Shown here one piece after another: positions 57,746 to 64,000 of a stretch of 64,000 nucleotides of DNA. Location: assembly GCA_024710165.1 (NCBI GenBank), contig JANJVG010000124.1, positions 37,138 to 101,137 on the forward strand. Direction: 5' to 3'. Both the position numbers and the translations under genes were made by a program. This stretch comes from Burkholderiaceae bacterium (GTDB taxonomy: Bacteria; Pseudomonadota; Gammaproteobacteria; Burkholderiales; Burkholderiaceae_C). The notes below the pieces were generated by a model. That model saw only the letters and a program-made list of their open reading frames with translations, searched no databases and was not told the origin of the DNA. Position 1 is the stretch's first letter, and every line of letters starts with the position of its first letter.

Positions 57746-58036
57746 TTACCGCGTGTACCCCAGGCAGGCTCCCGCGTTATGCATGCCTTTGCACTCGCGG
57801 TACAACCGGCGATCGCGTTCCGAGGGGCTTTCTTCCGATGTGCTGCGCTGGTAGGTGACCTTGGTCACGCCTTTCTTTTTGACGGATGCAGTGGTGTTGG
57901 CCTTGCTGCGTTTGGATTGCGTGGCTTCTGCCGTGCCGGGAGCGGACAGAAGGCAGAGGCTCAGGCCAATGGTCAGCAATGCGGCAAGTCGGCTCGGAGC
58001 GGGTGTTTGGTGGGCGGGGAGGGCAAAGGGCGACAT
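57746..58036 (-). CDS. Small secreted hypothetical protein
   Basis: Signal peptide; ERDRRLYRECKG..NAGACLGY. Confidence 0.7.
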   Translation of the reverse strand: MSPFALPAHQTPAPSRLAALLTIGLSLCLLSAPGTAEATQSKRSKANTTASVKKKGVTKVTYQRSTSEESPSERDRRLYRECKGMHNAGACLGYTR

Positions 58037-58284
58037 AGGGATTTGATGGGATGGGGAGGCGTTGCCGGGTGGGTGTAGCCATGGTGCCATGCGCGCCAGC
58101 GCCGTCAACCGCGAAGAATCCCGTAGAGGCGCAGGTGGGCTGGAAATTTGTCGCGCGCTATAATCGAGCGGTTTTGCATGGTGCAAGACGCACGCCAGTG
58201 GCCGTTCCAGCTGTTGGCGCAAGTAAAACCAGTGCCTGTGGCCCTTCAAAAGAGAGGCTGCGCGCCACATTCAAGGAAAACCCA

Positions 58285-58551
58285 ATGATCGCATCCTCTA
58301 TCAAGGCCGAAGTTGTCAAGGCCAATGCCCGTGCTGCCAACGATACCGGTAGCCCGGAAGTGCAAGTGGCGCTGCTCACGGCACGCATCAATGAACTGAT
58401 GCCCCACTTCAAGACACACGCCAAAGACCACCATGGTCGCCGTGGCCTGCTGCGCATGGTGAGCCGCCGCCGCAAGCTGCTGGACTACCTCAAGGCCAAG
58501 GACGCAAGCCGGTACACCGCGCTGATTGCCAAGCTGGGTCTGCGCAAGTAA
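58285..58551 (+). CDS. rpsO: 30S ribosomal protein S15
   Basis: [28 protein letters not shown]. Confidence 0.98.
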   Translation: MIASSIKAEVVKANARAANDTGSPEVQVALLTARINELMPHFKTHAKDHHGRRGLLRMVSRRRKLLDYLKAKDASRYTALIAKLGLRK

Positions 58552-58565
58552 TCGTTGTCACATGC

Positions 58566-58605
58566 AAAAACGCCTGGGTTAGCGCGCTAGCTCAGGCGTT
58601 TTTTT
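58566..58605 (+). terminator. rpsO terminator
   Basis: AAAAACGCCTGGGTTAGC-GC-GCTAGCTCAGGCGTTTTTT. Confidence 0.85.
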
Positions 58606-58748
58606 ACTTTGCTGGTGTGTCCATGCAGATCGAAGCTGTGTCATTCCACTGAACTCCGCGAGCGGTTTCACTGGAATGGCATCGTTGTCTGATTTGGCCG
58701 CTAGCGCTTACTGGCAGTGCGCTGCCAGCTATTAAATCAGGAGCAATA

Positions 58749-60986
58749 ATGAGTATTTTCAACAAAGTCACCAAGACCTTCCAGTGGGGCGACAAGACCG
58801 TTGTCATGGAAACGGGCGAAATTGCCCGCCAGGCTTCCGGCGCTGTGCTGGTGAATATTGACGATACCGTGGTTCTGGCTACGGTGGTGGCCTCCAAGGG
58901 TGCCAAGCCCGGTCAGGATTTCTTCCCCCTCACGGTCGACTACATCGAGAAGACCTACGCCGCCGGCAAAATCCCCGGCAGCTTCTTCAAGCGCGAAGCC
59001 AAGCCCAGCGAACACGAAACCCTGACCAGCCGCCTGATCGACCGCCCGATCCGCCCGCTGTTTCCCGAGGGCTTTTTCAACGAAGTGCACGTGGTCATTC
59101 ACACGGTTTCGTTGAACCCTGAAGTGGACGCCGACATCGCAGCGTTGATCGCTTCGAGCGCCGCGCTGGCGATTTCGGGCATTCCCTTCAGCGGCCCCAT
59201 CGGCGCCGCGCGCGTGGGCTACATCAACGGTGAATACGTGCTCAACCCCGGCCAGACGGCGCGCAAGAGCAGCCAGATGGACCTGGTAGTCGCCGGTACC
59301 GAAGCCGCTGTGCTGATGGTCGAATCCGAAGCGCAGCAACTGCCCGAAGACGTGATGCTGGGCGCTGTGGTGTTTGGCCACGAGCAGGGCAAGATCGCCA
59401 TCAACGCCATCCACGAGCTGGTGCGCGATGCGGGCAAGCCCGCCTGGGACTGGCAGGCGCCTGCCAAGGACGAGCCCCTGATCGCCAAGGTCACGCAACT
59501 GGCCGAAGACAAGCTGCGCGCTGCCTACCAGATCCGCAACAAGCAGGCCCGCACGCACGCCTGCCGCGAGGCCTATGCCGTGGTCATGGCCGACCTGAAG
59601 GAAGCCGGTGTCGTGTTCGACGCCGTCAAGGTCGAAGGCATGCTGTTTGATATCGAAGCGCGCATCGTGCGCAGCCAGATCCTGGCCGGTGAGCCCCGCA
59701 TCGACGGCCGCGACACGCGCACCGTGCGCCCCATCGAAATCCGCAACTCCGTGCTGCCCCGCACCCACGGCTCGGCCCTGTTCACGCGCGGCGAGACCCA
59801 GGCGCTGGTGGTGACCACGCTCGGCACCGAGCGCGACGCGCAGCGCATCGACGCACTGGCGGGTGAATACGAAGACCGCTTCATGATGCACTACAACATG
59901 CCTCCCTTTGCCACCGGCGAAGTGGGCCGCATGGGCAGCACCAAGCGCCGCGAAATCGGCCACGGCCGTCTGGCCAAGCGTGCCCTGGTTGCCGTGCTTC
60001 CAACCAAGGAAGAATTCCCCTACACCATGCGCGTGGTGTCGGAAATCACCGAATCCAACGGCTCGTCGTCGATGGCTTCGGTGTGCGGCGGCTGCCTGTC
60101 GCTGATGGACGCTGGCGTGCCCATGAAGGCGCACGTGGCCGGTATTGCCATGGGCCTGATCAAGGACGCCAACCGCTTTGCCGTGCTGACCGACATCCTG
60201 GGCGACGAGGACCACCTGGGCGACATGGACTTCAAGGTGGCCGGCACGACCAACGGCATCACCGCGCTGCAGATGGACATCAAGATCCAGGGCATCACCA
60301 AGGAAATCATGCAGGTTGCCCTGGCGCAGGCCAAGGAAGCGCGTATGCACATCCTGGGCAAGATGCAAGAAGCCATGGGCGAAGCCAAGCAGGAAGTGAG
60401 CAACTTCGCGCCCAAGCTCTACACCATGAAGATCAACCCCGAAAAGATCCGCGACGTGATCGGCAAGGGGGGCTCGGTGATCCGCGCACTGACCGAAGAG
60501 ACCGGCTGCCAGATCAACATCGAGGAAGACGGCACCATCACCATCGCCGCCACCGACAATGCCAAGGCCGACGAGGCCAAGCGCCGCATCGAGCAGATCA
60601 CGGCCGAAGTCGAAATCGGCAAGATCTATGAAGGCCCTGTGACCAAGATCCTGGACTTCGGTGCGCTCATCAACCTGCTGCCCGGCAAGGACGGCCTGCT
60701 GCACATCAGCCAGATCGCGCACGAGCGCGTGGAAAAGGTCACCGACTACCTGACCGAAGGCCAGATCGTCAAGGTCAAGGTGCTGGAAACCGACGAAAAG
60801 GGCCGCATCAAGCTGTCCATGAAGGTGTTGGCCGATCGGCCCTCCCATGGTGGTAGCGATCGTCCTGCACCCGCCGAACGACGTGAGCCGCGCGAGCCCC
60901 GTGAAATGCGGGAGCCGCGTGACGGGGGCGAGCAGCAACAGCAGCAAGCCCTATCGCACGATCAGCAGGGCCAAGTGTGCGGCTGA
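58749..60986 (+). CDS. pnp: Polyribonucleotide nucleotidyltransferase
   Basis: [36 protein letters not shown] and S1 domains. Confidence 0.98.
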   Translation: MSIFNKVTKTFQWGDKTVVMETGEIARQASGAVLVNIDDTVVLATVVASKGAKPGQDFFPLTVDYIEKTYAAGKIPGSFFKREAKPSEHETLTSRLIDRPIRPLFPEGFFNEVHVVIHTVSLNPEVDADIAALIASSAALAISGIPFSGPIGAARVGYINGEYVLNPGQTARKSSQMDLVVAGTEAAVLMVESEAQQLPEDVMLGAVVFGHEQGKIAINAIHELVRDAGKPAWDWQAPAKDEPLIAKVTQLAEDKLRAAYQIRNKQARTHACREAYAVVMADLKEAGVVFDAVKVEGMLFDIEARIVRSQILAGEPRIDGRDTRTVRPIEIRNSVLPRTHGSALFTRGETQALVVTTLGTERDAQRIDALAGEYEDRFMMHYNMPPFATGEVGRMGSTKRREIGHGRLAKRALVAVLPTKEEFPYTMRVVSEITESNGSSSMASVCGGCLSLMDAGVPMKAHVAGIAMGLIKDANRFAVLTDILGDEDHLGDMDFKVAGTTNGITALQMDIKIQGITKEIMQVALAQAKEARMHILGKMQEAMGEAKQEVSNFAPKLYTMKINPEKIRDVIGKGGSVIRALTEETGCQINIEEDGTITIAATDNAKADEAKRRIEQITAEVEIGKIYEGPVTKILDFGALINLLPGKDGLLHISQIAHERVEKVTDYLTEGQIVKVKVLETDEKGRIKLSMKVLADRPSHGGSDRPAPAERREPREPREMREPRDGGEQQQQQALSHDQQGQVCG

Positions 60987-60987
60987 T

Positions 60988-61047
60988 TTGCTATTGATTA
61001 AGTATCTACTGGCGCTTGCTGGTTAAGCGCTAGGTGCCAAAATCACC
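60988..61047. repeat. REP-like palindromic repeat, copy 3
   Basis: TTGCTATT..GGCGCTT..AAGCGCTAGG. Confidence 0.5.
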
Positions 61048-61057
61048 TTAAATTTTC

Positions 61058-62065
61058 ATGCCCTATCCCTCCATGCGAGCTGTCGAGATTACGTCGTTCG
61101 GCCTCCCCGATGTTTTGCGTCTGGGCGTGCGTGCGCAACCTGTTGCGGGCGCGGGTGAGTTGCTGATCCGTGTAAGCGCCAGCGGTATCAACCGCCCGGA
61201 TGTGGTGCAACGCAAGGGCCACTATGCGCCGCCGGCGGGGGCTTCGGATTTGCCGGGCCTGGAAGTGGCCGGGGTGGTGGAGGGTGGTGACGCCCAGGCC
61301 CTGGATCGTGCAGGTATTCGTGTGGGTGATCGTGTCTGTGCGCTGGTCGCCGGGGGCGGCTATGCCGAATGGTGTGTAGCCCCGGTGGAGCAGTGCCTGC
61401 CGGTGCCTTCCGGCCTGAGCGATATCGAAGCCGCGTCGCTGCCCGAAACCTTTTTCACCGTCTGGAGCAATGTGTTCGACCGCGGTCGTCTGCAGCGCGG
61501 TGAAACCTTGCTGGTCCAGGGCGGGGGTAGCGGTATCGGCGTCACGGCCATCCAGCTGGCCCGCGCCTTTGGTGCCACGGTTATCGTCACGGCGGGTAGT
61601 GATGAAAAATGTGCGGCCTGTCTGGCACTGGGTGCGCACCATGCCATCAATTACCGCACACAGGATTTCGTTGCCGAGGTGCGGCGCATCACCGAGGGCA
61701 AGGGTGTCGATGTGGTGCTGGACATGGTGGCGGGTAGCTATGTGGCCCGCGAAGTGGAGTGCCTGGCCGAGGATGGGCGTCTGGTCATCATTGCCGTGCA
61801 GGGTGGAATCCAGAGTGAATTCAATGCCGGGTTGGTGCTCCGCCGGCGTTTGACAATCACGGGCTCCACGCTGCGTCCCCGATCGGTGGCATTCAAGGCT
61901 GCCATTGCTCGCTCGTTGCGCGAGCATGTCTGGCCGCTCCTGGCCACCGGCGCGGTGCGCCCCGTGATACACAGCACGTTTGCAGCCGCCGACGCAGCGC
62001 AGGCCCATGCGCTGATGGAGTCGAACCAGCATACGGGCAAGATTGTTTTGACGTGGTCATCATGA
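61058..62065 (+). CDS. NAD(P)H-quinone oxidoreductase (PIG3 family)
   Basis: GINRPD..G.Y.PP.GAS..PGLE, GGGSGIG, GSTLR.R. Confidence 0.92.
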   Translation: MPYPSMRAVEITSFGLPDVLRLGVRAQPVAGAGELLIRVSASGINRPDVVQRKGHYAPPAGASDLPGLEVAGVVEGGDAQALDRAGIRVGDRVCALVAGGGYAEWCVAPVEQCLPVPSGLSDIEAASLPETFFTVWSNVFDRGRLQRGETLLVQGGGSGIGVTAIQLARAFGATVIVTAGSDEKCAACLALGAHHAINYRTQDFVAEVRRITEGKGVDVVLDMVAGSYVAREVECLAEDGRLVIIAVQGGIQSEFNAGLVLRRRLTITGSTLRPRSVAFKAAIARSLREHVWPLLATGAVRPVIHSTFAAADAAQAHALMESNQHTGKIVLTWSS

Positions 62066-62808
62066 AAAAGAAACTCATTGCAGGCAACTGGAAGATGAAC
62101 GGCAGCCTGGCCGCCAACGATTTGCTGGTGCGCGCCCTGGTGGCAGGTTTACCAGATCCGTCCGGGTGTGATGTGGCCGTGGCCGTCCCTGCGCCCTACC
62201 TTGCGCAGGTGCAGGCCTTGGTGGCGGGCTCGCCGCTGGCACTTGCTGCGCAGGATGTATCGCAACACGAGTCGGGTGCCTACACTGGCGAAATTTCCGC
62301 CGCAATGCTTCGTGAATTTGGTGTGCGTTATGCCCTGGTGGGGCATTCCGAGCGCCGCCAGTACCACGGCGAGACCGATGTACATGTCGCAGTCAAGACG
62401 CAGCGTGCGCTCGCGGCCGGGCTTACGCCCATTGTGTGTGTCGGCGAGACGCTGGCCGAGCGCGAAGCGGGCCACACCGAGGCGGCGGTGCGGCGCCAGT
62501 TGGCATCTGTCATCCATCTCAATGGCCATTGCATCAGTGAGGTGGTGGTGGCTTACGAGCCTGTCTGGGCGATTGGTACGGGCAAGACGGCTTCACCCGA
62601 ACAGGCGCAGCAGGTGCATGCCGTACTGCGTGCACAGCTGGCAGCGGCCAGCCCGCGCCCCGAAAGCATCCGCTTGCTGTACGGCGGCAGCATGAACGCA
62701 GCCAATGCGGCGCAGTTGCTGGCCCAGCCAGATATCGATGGCGGCTTGGTGGGCGGTGCATCGCTCAAGGCGGAAGACTTTCAACAAATTATCGCGGCGG
62801 CCCAATAA
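62062..62808 (+). CDS. tpiA: Triosephosphate isomerase
   Basis: [31 protein letters not shown]. Confidence 0.98.
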   Translation: MKKKLIAGNWKMNGSLAANDLLVRALVAGLPDPSGCDVAVAVPAPYLAQVQALVAGSPLALAAQDVSQHESGAYTGEISAAMLREFGVRYALVGHSERRQYHGETDVHVAVKTQRALAAGLTPIVCVGETLAEREAGHTEAAVRRQLASVIHLNGHCISEVVVAYEPVWAIGTGKTASPEQAQQVHAVLRAQLAAASPRPESIRLLYGGSMNAANAAQLLAQPDIDGGLVGGASLKAEDFQQIIAAAQ

Positions 62809-62849
62809 ATACGGGCGCTGTCAGCTATTCAATCAGGAGTACTAGAAGA

Positions 62850-63254
62850 ATGAGCATGCTTGTGAACGTGATTTTGACGGTCCAGATTCTGACCGCCTTG
62901 GGCATGATTGGCCTGATCCTGATTCAGCACGGCAAGGGTGCTGACATGGGCGCGGCGTTTGGTAGCGGCAGCTCGGGCAGTCTGTTTGGTGCCAGTGGCA
63001 GTGCCAATTTCTTGTCGCGTACCACAGCGGTACTGGCCGCGGTCTTTTTTGTCTGTACGTTGGCCTTGGCTTACTTCGGCAATGCGCGCCCCACCAGTAC
63101 CGGCAGTGTGCTTGAAAGCCCGGCCGTCACCGCGCCGGTAGCACCTGATGCTGGTTCCGCAGCAGCCATTCCGGGCAATGCCGCAACGGGTTCGGCTGCC
63201 GTTCCGGTGCCTGCGGCGGCAAGTTCGGCTGCGACGCCTGCTCCTGCAAAATAA
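62850..63254 (+). CDS. secG: Preprotein translocase subunit
   Basis: LIQHGKGADMGAAFGSG..NFLSRTT. Confidence 0.96.
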   Translation: MSMLVNVILTVQILTALGMIGLILIQHGKGADMGAAFGSGSSGSLFGASGSANFLSRTTAVLAAVFFVCTLALAYFGNARPTSTGSVLESPAVTAPVAPDAGSAAAIPGNAATGSAAVPVPAAASSAATPAPAK

Positions 63255-63371
63255 AACCATTCGAAATGCATCTTGGAGCCTGGTAACAGGGTTTTTCCGG
63301 GGTAGAATCTCAGTCTGTTTGGGAAGCCAAAACCGCAAGGTTCCTCATGCCACCCAGACAAAAAGAACATA

Positions 63372-63456
63372 GCCGTCGTGGTGAAATTGGTAGACACGCT
63401 ATCTTGAGGGGGTAGTGGCGAAAGCTGTGCGAGTTCGAGTCTCGCCGACGGCACCA
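63372..63456 (+). tRNA. tRNA-Leu(GAG)
   Basis: GCCGTCGTGGTGAAATTGGTAGACAC..TTGAGGG..GTTCGAGTC..CGACGGCACCA, in its usual position after secG. Confidence 0.96.
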
Positions 63457-63533
63457 GACACAAACAGGCCTGTCCGCATGTTCCGTCCTGCGGTCATGAC
63501 GGGCGAGGCTCTAGCGATGAGCGCATCCACAAG

Positions 63534-63893
63534 ATGAACCTCGAACAATATCTCCCCGTCTTCCTGTTCATCTTGGTCGGTATCGGGGTCGGTATCGTAC
63601 CCTTGGCATTGGGTTACATTCTTGGCCCCAATCGCCCGGATGCGGCAAAAAATTCCCCCTATGAGTGCGGCTTCGAGGCGTTTGAAGATGCGCGCATGAA
63701 GTTCGATGTGCGGTATTACCTCATCGCCATCCTTTTCATTCTTTTCGATCTGGAAATCGCCTTTTTGTTCCCCTGGGCTGTGTCGCTTCACGAGGTGGGG
63801 GTGACGGGCTTTGTGGCGGTGGTGATTTTTCTGGCCGTTCTGGTCGTTGGTTTTGCCTACGAGTGGAAAAAAGGCGCCTTGGATTGGGAATGA
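63534..63893 (+). CDS. nuoA: NADH-quinone oxidoreductase subunit A
   Basis: [26 protein letters not shown]. Confidence 0.97.
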   Translation: MNLEQYLPVFLFILVGIGVGIVPLALGYILGPNRPDAAKNSPYECGFEAFEDARMKFDVRYYLIAILFILFDLEIAFLFPWAVSLHEVGVTGFVAVVIFLAVLVVGFAYEWKKGALDWE

Positions 63894-63917
63894 TCGGCTA
63901 GCACGAGGAACGACGCA

Positions 63918-64000
63918 ATGATTGAAGGCGTGATGAAGGAAGGCTTCATCACCACGAGTTACGACTCTGTGGTGAACTGGGCCAAGACGGGTTCGCTTTG
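63918..64000 (+). CDS. nuoB: NADH-quinone oxidoreductase subunit B, N-terminus (truncated by window)
   Basis: [27 protein letters not shown] after nuoA. Confidence 0.85.
   Translation, partial: MIEGVMKEGFITTSYDSVVNWAKTGSL

Noticed and set aside
58737-60947. 736-aa ORF antisense to pnp, and similar long ORFs opposite the fumarases, mnmH, selD and qor
   Set aside because: Typical antisense shadows in high-GC coding DNA.

Overview
Bases 1 to ~39339 are the right-hand part of an N4-like (Schitoviridae-type) phage genome that appears integrated as a prophage. It ends in a duplicated 3' half of tRNA-Cys(GCA) (attR-like, with an IHF consensus site just inside). It carries N4 gp53/gp52/gp51-like virion genes, a 3733-aa cysteine-free virion RNA polymerase, a minus-strand replication block (RuvC-like, SSB, HNH, AAA ATPase, primase, PD-(D/E)XK nuclease, RNA ligase, class II RNR, ThyX), a tail-fibre module, a holin/endolysin/Rz/Rz1 lysis cassette and a ~640-nt structured non-coding region. 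Bases ~39340-64000 are GC-rich betaproteobacterial (Comamonadaceae-like) chromosome: tRNA-Gly, tRNA-Leu, murI, class I fumarase, fumC, mnmH/selD, riboflavin synthase/ribD, a pilV-W-X-Y1-E-fimT cluster, rpsO-pnp, a quinone oxidoreductase, tpiA-secG-tRNA-Leu and nuoA-B. The most interesting signals are: (i) a likely programmed -1 frameshift fusing the gp51-like ejection protein to a thermonuclease domain; (ii) a protein-kinase-like domain embedded in the vRNAP; (iii) three covarying hairpins with N4 vRNAP promoter geometry; (iv) a tandem array of C4-antisense-like/tRNA-like RNAs downstream of one of those hairpins, each preceded by its own complementary target; (v) an HNH endonuclease insertion that rebuilt the C-terminus of its host gene. 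All calls come from reading motifs by eye; no database searches were run.
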